DNA from: Candidatus Omnitrophota bacterium | GTDB taxonomy: Bacteria > Omnitrophota > Gorgyraeia > Zapsychrales > Zapsychraceae | Length of the DNA: 64,000 nucleotides | Reading direction: 5' to 3' | NCBI GenBank assembly: GCA_020053475.1 | Contig: JAGVNC010000028.1 | Span: forward strand, 551 to 64,550 | In this document: positions 7,740 through 17,626 of the stretch, piece by piece | How positions within the stretch are numbered: position 1 is the first letter of the stretch | Layout of the letters: every line of letters starts with the position of its first letter | The notes under the pieces: generated by a model | Told to the model about the DNA's origin: nothing | The model's database searches: none | What the model saw: the letters and a program-made list of their open reading frames with translations, nothing else | Position numbers and translations under genes: made by a program

Positions 7740-8375
7740 CTAGGCGCTTTCAGCGTAACCGGAAATGGCCCGCTGAATCCACACAATAATGCCTAATAAG
7801 AAAAATGCTCCGGGGGCCAGTACCATCATGCCGTTATTGGCGTAACCGTGGGCATACATCCATTGAGGCACCACATGAAACCCTAACAGCGTTCCTGCCC
7901 CAAAAATTTCACGAATGATCCCAATCATCACAAGGATCGCGCTGTATCCCAACCCGTTGGCGAGCCCGTCCAAAAAGGATTTCCAGGGCGGATTACTCAT
8001 CGCAAAGGCTTCTAAGCGGCCCATCACGATACAATTGGTGATGATCAGCCCGACAAAAACGCTCAACTGCTTGCTGACATCGAACATATAAGCCCGCAGC
8101 ACTTGGTCAATCGAAATAACCACGGCAGACACAACCGTTAATTGAACAATGATCCGAATGCTCGACGGGATAAAATGACGCATTAAAGAAATAATAACGT
8201 TCGACATCGACGTTACGATTGTTAGCCCCAAAGACATAACAATCGCTGTTTTAAGTTGTGTCGTTACAGCCAAGGCTGAACAAATCCCTAGAATTTGAAA
8301 TGTTATAGGATTGGCATCCCATAATCCATCCTTAACAATTTTTTGATTCTTTTTTGATAATAACGCTTCGGGCAT
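7740..8375 (-). CDS. nqrD: Na+-NQR subunit D, about 211 aa. Start at ATG 8373-8375 with RBS GGAGGTG.
   Basis: MPEALLSKKNQKIVKDGLWDANPITFQILGICSALAVTT..., NqrD/RnfE family. Confidence 0.85.
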   Translation of the reverse strand: MPEALLSKKNQKIVKDGLWDANPITFQILGICSALAVTTQLKTAIVMSLGLTIVTSMSNVIISLMRHFIPSSIRIIVQLTVVSAVVISIDQVLRAYMFDVSKQLSVFVGLIITNCIVMGRLEAFAMSNPPWKSFLDGLANGLGYSAILVMIGIIREIFGAGTLLGFHVVPQWMYAHGYANNGMMVLAPGAFFLLGIIVWIQRAISGYAESA

Positions 8376-8412
8376 ATAACACCTCCATTTTAAAAAAGGC
8401 AATCATTCCGCC

Positions 8413-9150
8413 TTAACTGTTCTTTCTTATTTTACTAAAATACGGCTCATAAAGCTTAATATTCTTATCGAGCATGTCCGTCACGCCAGTTCCTGTAATC
8501 GTGGCGGCTGTAATCCCATCCACGTGATAGTTGAGTTCTTCGCCCTGAAACACATCTTTAGCTTTTCCTTTAACAACGACAATCGGCGTCACCTTATTTT
8601 CCTTGACAGAGAAGACCGTCTTGCCTTTAAAGTTGTTTTGAAACCATTCTTTTTCAATTTCGCCACCTAACCCCGGAGTCTCGCCGTGTTTATAAAAAGT
8701 AACCCCTCTTACCGTCGTTCCATCGACTTCAATCGCTAAATACCCATAAAGCACCGACCACAACCCTTGACCGACAATCGGATACGCATAAGCTAGCACT
8801 TTGCCGTCCTCTTGGTAGATATAGACAGGATGCAAATTCTTTTCACTCTCTTGAATATCCTTCGGCTTCTTGCCCTCAACAATGTTGCCATTCTCATCAA
8901 TAACAATTTCTTGGATTCTAGATTCATAAACCTTAAGGACATCTTCCGGCTTCATTTTCGGGCCCAGAGGCTCCGCAAGCTGAACAGCCTTAAGAATGTT
9001 TTTCTTGACATCAAGCTCCGCGTTCAATTCTTGCTTTGCCCGCAAGCCTTCGGAAACGCCGGAAAGGAGCACAGCGCTAACAACACAAATAATGGTTGCA
9101 AAGACAAATGTGTATGTCGTTTGATTCATTTTAGACATTTTTAACGGCAA
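8413..9150 (-). CDS. nqrC: Na+-NQR subunit C (FMN-binding), 245 aa.
   Basis: N-terminal TM helix and the covalent-FMN threonine motif DGITAATITGTGV. Confidence 0.85.
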   Translation of the reverse strand: MPLKMSKMNQTTYTFVFATIICVVSAVLLSGVSEGLRAKQELNAELDVKKNILKAVQLAEPLGPKMKPEDVLKVYESRIQEIVIDENGNIVEGKKPKDIQESEKNLHPVYIYQEDGKVLAYAYPIVGQGLWSVLYGYLAIEVDGTTVRGVTFYKHGETPGLGGEIEKEWFQNNFKGKTVFSVKENKVTPIVVVKGKAKDVFQGEELNYHVDGITAATITGTGVTDMLDKNIKLYEPYFSKIRKNS

Positions 9151-10306
9151 TCCTGGTTAATCTCTTTTTGACGTTGGCTTCAACTACATAATGATCGATC
9201 AACGGGGCAAAGGCGTTCATAAATAAAATCGCCAGCATCACTCCTTCGGGATATGCAGGATTGATCACCCGGATCAGGGTCGCCAAGACACCAACTAAAG
9301 CCCCATAAATCCATCGTCCTAAGTTTGTCGCCGCGCTCGATACAGGGTCAGTGGCCATAAACACGGCCCCAAAAGCAAATCCGCCCATCACCAAATGCCA
9401 ATGGGGAGGAAGGTTGAAAAAAGCTAAACGATCGGGGCCGCGCAGTAAGTAAAAAACAGTAGACATCGCTAACATTCCTAAAACACACCCCAATGTTGTG
9501 CGCCAACTGGCGACACGCGTGATCAACAAAAAGGCCAGCCCAATCAGACACGCTAAGGCGGAAGTCTCTCCAATCGAACCGGGAATAAACCCTAAAAATA
9601 GATTATGGAATGTAAACCCCGCGTGATTAAGGGCCTCGATGGCCGATGAACCTCGGGGAGCTTGAGCGGCAACCGCCAGCGGTGTCGCTAGCGTATAACC
9701 ATCAACAGCCACCCAAACCTTAGACCCCGAAATAGACGCGGGATACGCAAAGAAAACAAAGGCTCGGGCCGTCAACGCAGGATTGAACACATTCATCCCT
9801 GTCCCACCAAAAATCTCTTTGCCAAAAACAACGCCAAAAGAAATCCCCACCGCGGCCTGCCAAAGAGGGATGCTCGGCGGCAACGTTAACGCATATAATA
9901 TTCCTGTGACTAAAAACCCTTCATTGATTTCATGCTTACGCATGACGGCAAACAACACTTCCCAAACACCACCCGCCATATAAGAAACAAGAATAATAGG
10001 AAGAACTTTGAAAGCCCCCAGCTTCCAGCATTGGGCAGGATCAATCGGCAATCCTTTGGCTAATAAAATCTGATAGCCCGTATTGTAAACCGCCATCAGT
10101 GTCGCCGGGATTAAGGCGATCACAACAAAAATCATGACTCTCTTCATATCCACGTGATCGCGGACATGCGGCGCCTTAGGCGTCGTCTTCCCCGGCGTAA
10201 AAAGAAAAGTGTCCATGGCCTCATACAGTGGATAGAGTTTTTCCAATGGCCTCCCTTTTTCAAAAAGTTTTCCGGCTTGGTGCAATGTGTCTTGTAAAAA
10301 TTTCAT
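9131..10306 (-). CDS. nqrB: Na+-NQR subunit B, 391 aa.
   Basis: Polytopic NqrB/RnfD-family membrane protein placed between nqrA and nqrC. Confidence 0.85.
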   Translation of the reverse strand: MKFLQDTLHQAGKLFEKGRPLEKLYPLYEAMDTFLFTPGKTTPKAPHVRDHVDMKRVMIFVVIALIPATLMAVYNTGYQILLAKGLPIDPAQCWKLGAFKVLPIILVSYMAGGVWEVLFAVMRKHEINEGFLVTGILYALTLPPSIPLWQAAVGISFGVVFGKEIFGGTGMNVFNPALTARAFVFFAYPASISGSKVWVAVDGYTLATPLAVAAQAPRGSSAIEALNHAGFTFHNLFLGFIPGSIGETSALACLIGLAFLLITRVASWRTTLGCVLGMLAMSTVFYLLRGPDRLAFFNLPPHWHLVMGGFAFGAVFMATDPVSSAATNLGRWIYGALVGVLATLIRVINPAYPEGVMLAILFMNAFAPLIDHYVVEANVKKRLTRIAVKNV

Positions 10307-11667
10307 TAATGATTAACCGCTTCTTCTTTTTCGATTAAATTTAATCCTTTGCGAATAATCCCGCCCACGTCTGTTTTCGACGGGCAGGCAAAAGAGGCCA
10401 ACGCAAAATCTTCCTCATCACATTCCAAGATTCCTAATTTCTCCATCTCGTCAATATCACCAACCATCACTGCTTTAATCAAAAAATATGTAAAAATATC
10501 CAAGGGGACGTATTGATCATAAATATGATTAAGAACAATCGCCCGGTCGCTGCCGTGTTTATCCGTATCGACAGAAGCTTCGCCTGCCGGTAAGAATGAA
10601 GAAACAAATGCGCTGGAAAAAGTGACGGCGTTAAAGCCGGGCGCCAACCATCCCAGGAAATGGCGCTTTCCGCCTTCGGGAATCACCGTCATCTGGGAAT
10701 CATAAGGCCCAATAAATCCATTGAGCCCAACAATCCTTCCCGATAAAACACTGCCGGCAATACAACGCATGCCGGACAAATGATTCGTTCCTAAAAGATG
10801 GGAAATAGGGGCTCCAATGATTGTTTTTTTATAAACGCGTTCGGGGGCACCTTCCCCTGTAATGGCCACAATTCTCTCAGACAAAGAAACCCCATTAACA
10901 AAAAGATTACCGATTCTCACAACATCCTGCGCCTCGACATACCAAATAAGGTCGCCTTTATTCAAAGGATCCACACAATGGATATGCGTACTGACGTTCC
11001 CTGCCGGATGAGGCCCTGAAAACTGATGGATTTCCACATTGTTTGCCTTGGTCAACGCTTTGGACTTGGGATTAGGGCTTACACATAAATAAACCTTCCC
11101 GGGGGTGAGTCGAGTGAGAGCATCCAATCCGGCCTGGAACAGATCTTCTTTCCCATTCAGGACAAAGTCTATATCCGCAGCCAAAGGCTCTGTATTCATG
11201 GCATGAATAAAAATAGATTTAGGCGTTTGATTAGGATGGGCTATTTGGGAAAACGGCCGTTGACGAATTGTAGGCCACATGCCGGCACCGAGCAATTCTT
11301 CTGTAACCTTATCCCTTGCAAGGGTTTTCAATAAACTTGGGTTATAGCTAGGAAAAATCTCAAAATCCATCTTCCCATCTGTTTCAATCACAATATTAAG
11401 GAGGGCCCTTTTATCGCCGCGATTAATCGCCGCTACTTTACCACTGACCGGGGAAGATATTTTAATTTCGGGGATCCCTTTATCATGAAATAAAGGAGTG
11501 CCGGCTTTAACAGAATCTCCCTGCTTAACAAGAGGATGCGGCTTAAGGCCCCGCAAAAAGCCGATGTCCACCCCCACAAAAGCAGGCAAAGGGGATTCGA
11601 CAACATTAGGGGCTGCAGCTCCTTTTAGCTTAAGATCACGGCCTTTTTTAATCTGGTGAGTTATCAT
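10306..11667 (-). CDS. nqrA: Na+-NQR subunit A, 453 aa.
   Basis: Soluble NqrA-like protein and first gene of the operon. A candidate promoter TTGAAT-17-TATTAT lies upstream on the minus strand near 11755-11786. Confidence 0.8.
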   Translation of the reverse strand: MITHQIKKGRDLKLKGAAAPNVVESPLPAFVGVDIGFLRGLKPHPLVKQGDSVKAGTPLFHDKGIPEIKISSPVSGKVAAINRGDKRALLNIVIETDGKMDFEIFPSYNPSLLKTLARDKVTEELLGAGMWPTIRQRPFSQIAHPNQTPKSIFIHAMNTEPLAADIDFVLNGKEDLFQAGLDALTRLTPGKVYLCVSPNPKSKALTKANNVEIHQFSGPHPAGNVSTHIHCVDPLNKGDLIWYVEAQDVVRIGNLFVNGVSLSERIVAITGEGAPERVYKKTIIGAPISHLLGTNHLSGMRCIAGSVLSGRIVGLNGFIGPYDSQMTVIPEGGKRHFLGWLAPGFNAVTFSSAFVSSFLPAGEASVDTDKHGSDRAIVLNHIYDQYVPLDIFTYFLIKAVMVGDIDEMEKLGILECDEEDFALASFACPSKTDVGGIIRKGLNLIEKEEAVNH

Positions 11668-11811
11668 GAATAGAAAAATAAACGTCCGATCTCGATCGAT
11701 CAGGAAGGGCTAATCAGTCTATTGCGCAATGGCAAGAGAATACAAATAAAATCCTATAATAGTCTCATAAAATCAAGAATTCAATAAGAATTCTAAAATT
11801 TTTTTAAGTGT

Positions 11812-12978
11812 TTAACCCTCCTCCAAGATCATCGCTGAGGCTCCGCCCCCGCCATAACTAATCGCAGCTAGCCCGCGCTTGGTTTTTGAATACCTCATGG
11901 CGGTCATCAATGTCACTAAAACCCTGGCACCCGCCGCTCCCAACGGATGGCCCAACGCGATATCTCCCCCAAGAATATTCAATTTGTTCGAAGGGATGTT
12001 TAACCTTCTCTTTATATAAACCATCTGGGAACCAAAGGATTCCCCTATCTCAAAAAGGCCGATGTCTGATAATGTCAACCCACTTGACGCCACGCATCGG
12101 CGGATGACTTGAGCTGTGGACTCAAATGTTAATTTAGGATGGACGCCGATAGTTGTATAATGAATAATGCGAAATCCTTGTCGGGAATGACGGCTGTCAG
12201 ACGCCAACAAAACCGCCGCGGCCCCATCACAAGGCGTTGAAGAATTCCCCGCTGTCACCGTTCCCTTCTTTTGGAAAGAAGAAGGAATGTCCGCCAATTG
12301 TTTTAAACGAATATTTTCCCGCGGCCGATCATCTTGGACCACGCGCTTAAGTTTGGAAACATTGACAGGAATAATCTCTTGAGAAAGCAACCCCCTGGCC
12401 TGCGCCCGGACAACTTTTTGATGGCTCTCTAAAGCATACGCATCTTGGTCCTGTCGCGAAATCCGATATTTTTGCGCTAAGCCTTCGGCCAAATCTCCCA
12501 TCCATTTTTGCGATACCGAACAAAAAAGCCCATCGACCATCAGGCTGTCGGTGGTTTCAGCATGTTTACTGCCCTCGTCCTTACGATTGATCAAAAATGG
12601 CGCATGGGTCGCGCTTTCGCTGCCCCCGGCAATCATCATCCCTTGGTGATCCAACAAAGAAAGCGATTGGGCCGCTAAAATCACGGCTTGCATCCCCGCC
12701 CCGCAAACATTATTGACTGTATAGGCCGGCACGCTTGGCGAAAGCCCCGCTAACAAAGCCGCCTGCCGGGCGGGATTTTGCCCAATGCCGGCTTGAACAG
12801 TATTTCCTAAAATAATTTCTTTGATCTTCGACTGGCATTGATGGCGCTTCACCAGCCCCTTAATCACGTGAGCGGCCAATTGGACAGCGGAAAGGTCTTT
12901 AAACGCGCGAAAAGGACTGCTGATCGGTGTTCGAACACCGTCAATAATATAAACAGCGGGCAATTTTCTTTTTTTCAT
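11812..12978 (-). CDS. Acetyl-CoA C-acetyltransferase (thiolase family), 388 aa.
   Basis: Thiolase motifs NVCGAGMQAV, the C-terminal GGGGASAMILE and the active-site Cys context. Confidence 0.8.
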   Translation of the reverse strand: MKKRKLPAVYIIDGVRTPISSPFRAFKDLSAVQLAAHVIKGLVKRHQCQSKIKEIILGNTVQAGIGQNPARQAALLAGLSPSVPAYTVNNVCGAGMQAVILAAQSLSLLDHQGMMIAGGSESATHAPFLINRKDEGSKHAETTDSLMVDGLFCSVSQKWMGDLAEGLAQKYRISRQDQDAYALESHQKVVRAQARGLLSQEIIPVNVSKLKRVVQDDRPRENIRLKQLADIPSSFQKKGTVTAGNSSTPCDGAAAVLLASDSRHSRQGFRIIHYTTIGVHPKLTFESTAQVIRRCVASSGLTLSDIGLFEIGESFGSQMVYIKRRLNIPSNKLNILGGDIALGHPLGAAGARVLVTLMTAMRYSKTKRGLAAISYGGGGASAMILEEG

Positions 12979-12979
12979 A

Positions 12980-14104
12980 TTACTTTTTGTTAAAACTGTT
13001 CAAAATCGCGTCCACGTCCACGTATTTTTTGACTAACCGGGCCGCTTCTTCGATTTTATCCTGGTCTGTTTTTTGGATTTTACAAATCAAATTCTCGATT
13101 TTAGCGGCAACGGTGTATGTGTCGTTTTCCGTCACTAACACAGGCATATGGCTTCGCTTTAATAGTTCCACAATCTTAGGGCTTGGAATGAGGCTTCCTG
13201 TCAAGATAATGCCCGCAATGCGGACACCAAACTTTTTCCCCTTCCCCTCGTCCGCCAAATGAGAGGTAATGGCCGCCAAAATATTGTCGACACGATCCCC
13301 GGACGTTAACACAAGCGTTCCATCCCGCAGAGAATGGATCATGTTGTGCGGCTCCATGGCCGCAACAATCGTATTATTGACCCGTCGGGCTAAAGCTTCC
13401 TCTCCGCACAATAATTTCAAATCCAACCGTTCATAAATTTGATCGAGCGTTGGCGCACTGAGCATCGGCTGTACCGGAATGACGCCTAACAACGGAATTC
13501 CTTTGTTTGCCAATCCCTTGCCCAAAATTTTCTTAATTTTCGCGTATTTATCCAACAAGACTTTATTGACGATGACACCGGCAATCTCGACTTGCTTTAA
13601 ATCAAAGAGCGCTTTATTTAAAATGATTTCATCGATGCTTTTGCCGATCCCCCCTTCGCTGACGATGATCGCTTTGGATCCTAAAAGGCGGGCGACATCC
13701 GCGTTGGAAAAATCAATGACCGACCCCACGCCGGCGTGGCCTGTCCCCTCAACGATAATCGCATCTTTACCGGCGGTCAAACGCTGAAACGCCTGCTCGA
13801 TCAATCCTTGCAACTTATCCTTATGCGGATTGAGAATATACTGCTCGGTATACCCGCGGCCGATGGTGACCGGGCTCATGTCTTTAAGTTGTTGCTTGGT
13901 GCGAAACACCTCGCCCATCAGATAGGAGTCTTTGTCCACATCCATGTCCCCCACATGCACATACTGTTGGCCCACGGGCTTCATAAACGTCGTTTTCAGC
14001 CGTCTTTCTTTAAGGGCACGAAATAACCCCAAAGAAATCGTGGTTTTTCCGGCGTTTTGATGGATGGATGACAGAAAAATATTCTTAAAAACTTTTGTTT
14101 TCAT
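12980..14104 (-). CDS. Stand-alone phosphotransacetylase N-terminal-like protein (BioD-like P-loop plus DRTGG domain), 374 aa, with no Pta catalytic domain.
   Basis: N-terminal GKTT P-loop-like region (HQNAGKTTISLGLF) and a C-terminal DRTGG-like region. It is adjacent to sucCD. Confidence 0.5.
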   Translation of the reverse strand: MKTKVFKNIFLSSIHQNAGKTTISLGLFRALKERRLKTTFMKPVGQQYVHVGDMDVDKDSYLMGEVFRTKQQLKDMSPVTIGRGYTEQYILNPHKDKLQGLIEQAFQRLTAGKDAIIVEGTGHAGVGSVIDFSNADVARLLGSKAIIVSEGGIGKSIDEIILNKALFDLKQVEIAGVIVNKVLLDKYAKIKKILGKGLANKGIPLLGVIPVQPMLSAPTLDQIYERLDLKLLCGEEALARRVNNTIVAAMEPHNMIHSLRDGTLVLTSGDRVDNILAAITSHLADEGKGKKFGVRIAGIILTGSLIPSPKIVELLKRSHMPVLVTENDTYTVAAKIENLICKIQKTDQDKIEEAARLVKKYVDVDAILNSFNKK

Positions 14105-14164
14105 CGTGCTCGCAGGAAATTGAGGGATTCAATATGAATCTATTATAGTATTTTGGGGAAGGAA

Positions 14165-15040
14165 TTACTTAATTTTTTGTTTAAAGATGGCAGGCATTTC
14201 GTCAGGAACGTCCACGACCGTCACACCGGCGTCCTGAAGGATTTTACGTTTGGCTTCGGCAGTGGAATCCCCCGAAGAGATAATCGCTCCCGCGTGGCCC
14301 ATACGTTTCCCTGGGGGCGCGGTGCGGCCGGCGATAAATCCGACGACCGGTTTTCGTTTCACGACTTCTTTTTTAATAAATTCTGCAGCGATTTGTTCGT
14401 CTTGTCCGCCGATCTCTCCGACCATCACGATCCCTTTGGTTTCATCATCGCGAAGAAACATTTCCAAAACATCGATAAATCGTGTGCCGATAATCGGATC
14501 TCCCCCCAACCCTACACAACTGGATTGTCCGATATTCGCTAAAGAAAGATTGTAAACAACTTCGTAGGTCAATGTTCCGCTGCGTGACACAACACCAATA
14601 GGCCCAGGCTTATGAATATGTCCCGGCATAATGCCGACTTTGCTTTTTCCAGGGGAAATGACACCCGGACAGTTTGGCCCCACAAGACGGCACGGCTTGT
14701 TTTTCATCGCGCGGCGCACGTCAACCATATCTAACACAGGAAGCCCTTCAGTGATACAAATGATCAACGGAAGGCCGGCTTGAATATCTTCCAAAATCGC
14801 TGCTTTCGCAAACTTGGCCGGAACATAAATCACCGCCACATTAGCGCCTGTTCTTTCTTTCGCCTCGGCAACACTATTAAACACAAGGATGCCTTCAACC
14901 ATTTGGCCGCCTTTGCCCGGTGTCACCCCACCGACAACATTCGTCCCATAGGCCACCATCTGTTGAGTGTGGAAAGACCCGTCGTGCCCCGTAATTCCTT
15001 GGACAATCAGCTTTGTATTTTGGTCAACAAGAATGCTCAT
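14165..15040 (-). CDS. sucD: Succinate--CoA ligase (ADP-forming) alpha subunit, 291 aa.
   Basis: Classic SucD sequence including the phospho-histidine region GHAGAIISSG and the CoA-binding N-terminus. Confidence 0.9.
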   Translation of the reverse strand: MSILVDQNTKLIVQGITGHDGSFHTQQMVAYGTNVVGGVTPGKGGQMVEGILVFNSVAEAKERTGANVAVIYVPAKFAKAAILEDIQAGLPLIICITEGLPVLDMVDVRRAMKNKPCRLVGPNCPGVISPGKSKVGIMPGHIHKPGPIGVVSRSGTLTYEVVYNLSLANIGQSSCVGLGGDPIIGTRFIDVLEMFLRDDETKGIVMVGEIGGQDEQIAAEFIKKEVVKRKPVVGFIAGRTAPPGKRMGHAGAIISSGDSTAEAKRKILQDAGVTVVDVPDEMPAIFKQKIK

Positions 15041-16167
15041 TTAGACAATTCCACAACTTTATTGACCGCTTCACGCATGGTAGAGTAGGTGTTGATCTCG
15101 TTCTTAGCCAAAAGTTCTTTGGCTTCCTTTTCGTTGGTTCCTGTTAAACGCACCACAAGCGGGACAGGAATATTAATTTGTTCTCTCGCTGCCAGAATCC
15201 CTTTGGCAATATCGTCGCAGCGCGTAATCCCGCCAAAAATATTAATCAAAATCGCTTTCACCTGTTTATTACGTAAAATGATTTTTAATGCACTAAGGAC
15301 TTTCTCGGGATTCGAACTTCCCCCAACGTCTAAAAAATTGGCCGGCTGACCTCCGCTTAATTTAATAATATCCATGGTGGCCATGGCCAATCCCGCCCCA
15401 TTAACGATGCAGCCGACATTGCCTTCCAATTTCACAAAACTAAGATTGGATTGTTTCGCTTCTAATTCATCCGCGTCTTCGTATGTTAAATCGCGCATTT
15501 TTTCTAACGCTTCATGGCGGAATAAGGCATTGTCATCAAAATTTACTTTCGCGTCGGCCGCGAGCAAATGGCCCTCCCCCGTGACGACAAGAGGATTAAT
15601 TTCAGCGAGGGAACAATCGTTTTCAAAAAACACTTTAATCAGCCCCTGAAAAATTTTTGTCCCTTCCTGCTGGTGTTTACTGCCGGGGAAAATAGAGGAA
15701 ATAAATGCGGGCCATCGGGCAAGATCGATCGTGTTTTTGCCTCCCAGATAAAATTTCTTGATGGCCGCAGGATTCATTTTAGCAGTTTCTTCGATGTCGA
15801 CGCCCCCCTCGGCGCTGGCGATAAGGACAACATCATCACGGCCACTGTCAACGGTCACCGCAACATAAAATTCTTTTTTAATATCAATGGCTTTAACAAC
15901 GAGGATCTTTTCGACAGGATACCCTTTGATGGATAATTTTTTAAGCACGTTAAAAGCTTCCCCCAATTCCTCTTTCGTGGCAACCTTCTTAATGCCTCCA
16001 GCTTTCCCCCGGCCTCCCACCAACACCTGAGACTTCAACACAACGGGATAGCCTGTCTCTTGAGCGATTACGAGCGCTTCCTTAATTTCGGTGGCCACGC
16101 GACCGTTGACAACAGGGAGTCCCGCACTTTTAAATAACTCGACCGCCTGATATTCATGGATCTTCAT
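15037..16167 (-). CDS. sucC: Succinate--CoA ligase beta subunit (ATP-grasp), about 377 aa. Start MKIHEYQA at 16165-16167. The ORF track extends 18 codons further upstream.
   Basis: MKIHEYQAVELFKSAGLPVVNGRVA... is the canonical SucC N-terminus. Confidence 0.85.
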   Translation of the reverse strand: MKIHEYQAVELFKSAGLPVVNGRVATEIKEALVIAQETGYPVVLKSQVLVGGRGKAGGIKKVATKEELGEAFNVLKKLSIKGYPVEKILVVKAIDIKKEFYVAVTVDSGRDDVVLIASAEGGVDIEETAKMNPAAIKKFYLGGKNTIDLARWPAFISSIFPGSKHQQEGTKIFQGLIKVFFENDCSLAEINPLVVTGEGHLLAADAKVNFDDNALFRHEALEKMRDLTYEDADELEAKQSNLSFVKLEGNVGCIVNGAGLAMATMDIIKLSGGQPANFLDVGGSSNPEKVLSALKIILRNKQVKAILINIFGGITRCDDIAKGILAAREQINIPVPLVVRLTGTNEKEAKELLAKNEINTYSTMREAVNKVVELSK

Positions 16168-16238
16168 TCTTATCCTTTCCCTCGCCCCAAAGGATCGAGA
16201 GAATGCACCTATTTCGATCAATAAAATTCTAAAGCAAA

Positions 16239-16835
16239 TTATTGCACCGGTGATTCATTGTCAACAGAGCTATCCTGGACGCTTTTATTGTCCGGTAAAT
16301 ACTGGGAAAGTTGCATCAATGTTTCATACCCGATTTTCCCATCAACTTTAAGCGAATGGGCTTGTTGAAAATTTCGGATCGCTTCTTGGGTTTTGGGTCC
16401 CAATTTCCCGTCCGTTGATCCGGGGTTAAATCCTTGCTCTTGCAAAATATTCTGGACCAGCTCAACGTTCAATTGCCCATTCACCATCAATCCTGTTTGC
16501 TGAAAAGCTCCTAACTTCTCCCACGTGTTTCGGTCCACAAAACGTGTCACCTCTAACCCATGGTCCTTTTGAAAATCGGCGATCGCCCGACGCGTTCGGG
16601 GCCCTAAAACACCGTCAATTTCCCCCGAATGATAGCCATAGAATTGCAATAAATTCTGTATTTGTTCAACGGGAGGATTAGCCTCTAAGGGGTCACTTTC
16701 CCCAATCACCTCTTTTTCCTCAGCGCCTTCCTTATGCAATAATTGATAAAGTTTTTCGCAGCCGCCACTTGTGACGATCAGCCCGATTAAACTGAAGGCC
16801 AAGATCCATTTGCGACAAAAAATATCCCTCATCAC
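16239..16835 (-). CDS. Lipoprotein with two peptidoglycan-binding (PG_binding_1) repeats, 198 aa.
   Basis: Lipobox LIVTSGGC, and a twice-repeated motif YHSGEIDGVLGPRTRRAI / GFNPGSTDGKLGPKTQEAI. Confidence 0.6.
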   Translation of the reverse strand: MMRDIFCRKWILAFSLIGLIVTSGGCEKLYQLLHKEGAEEKEVIGESDPLEANPPVEQIQNLLQFYGYHSGEIDGVLGPRTRRAIADFQKDHGLEVTRFVDRNTWEKLGAFQQTGLMVNGQLNVELVQNILQEQGFNPGSTDGKLGPKTQEAIRNFQQAHSLKVDGKIGYETLMQLSQYLPDNKSVQDSSVDNESPVQ

Positions 16836-16901
16836 AAACTCCTTGTACGGTACTTATTATAGAATAAAAACGCTGATCGTCTAATCAATCTTCAGCAGAA
16901 A

Positions 16902-17321
16902 TTGATTGTCGCCTTAAAGGGCCTGTGGTATCGTGTGAATATGACGAAAAACCATAAAATGATCGCCGGTGCCATCATTCTTTTTTTAGCCCTTAATTTT
17001 GTCCTGCGTCCCTACTTATATCAGCGAAGTGCGGTCAAATTGGTCCTTCGGGTTCTCGATGCCTGGAACAATGGTGATTTAACAAACGCTTACCCTGCAT
17101 GGGAAGAACCTCAACAAGCTCCCCCTGTTTACAATTTAACATCGTATGAACTTTTGCAGAAAAATTTCTATCAAGACCAGGGAACGCGTCATGCTGAAAT
17201 TTTGACTGAGCTTCAATTTCCCAACGACAACATTACCCCATCAGGGGAATGGATTTTCCATCTTAAAGAAACCCGAGGTGGATGGAAAGTCGTCGATTTT
17301 TATCAACAAAAAAGCCCTTAA
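16902..17321 (+). CDS. Hypothetical membrane-anchored protein, 139 aa. The start is uncertain, with alternatives at 16941 or 16959.
   Basis: ORF with an N-terminal hydrophobic helix and no recognisable family. Confidence 0.35.
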   Translation: MIVALKGLWYRVNMTKNHKMIAGAIILFLALNFVLRPYLYQRSAVKLVLRVLDAWNNGDLTNAYPAWEEPQQAPPVYNLTSYELLQKNFYQDQGTRHAEILTELQFPNDNITPSGEWIFHLKETRGGWKVVDFYQQKSP

Positions 17322-17360
17322 TCAACGATTAAGGGCTGAAGAGCTTACCCTGCCCCCACT

Positions 17361-17555
17361 TTACCAAAGATGTTCCTGGACCCATGCATCGAATCTCTTA
17401 ATCCCCTCGGCGATCTCTCTGACAAGATTCCCTTGTTCGGAAGGTTCACCAGCATGTTCTTCTTGCGTCGCGTTAGTCACTGAAGCCTCGTTTTGCGTGT
17501 CGGTTGTCGCACATCCCTGGATACTTAAGATCATCATTAACCCCAACAATATCAT
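17361..17555 (-). CDS. Small lipoprotein, about 64 aa, starting at the internal Met with signal peptide MILLGLMMILSIQGC.
   Basis: Lipobox SIQGC and an RBS-like GAGAAAG upstream of the internal ATG. Confidence 0.35.
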   Translation of the reverse strand: MILLGLMMILSIQGCATTDTQNEASVTNATQEEHAGEPSEQGNLVREIAEGIKRFDAWVQEHLW

Positions 17556-17626
17556 CTTCTTTCTCACGTTTGCTCCTTTATGGTTCGACTTTCGCCCTGC
17601 CATCCTGATCTTATCAAAGGGCCCCT

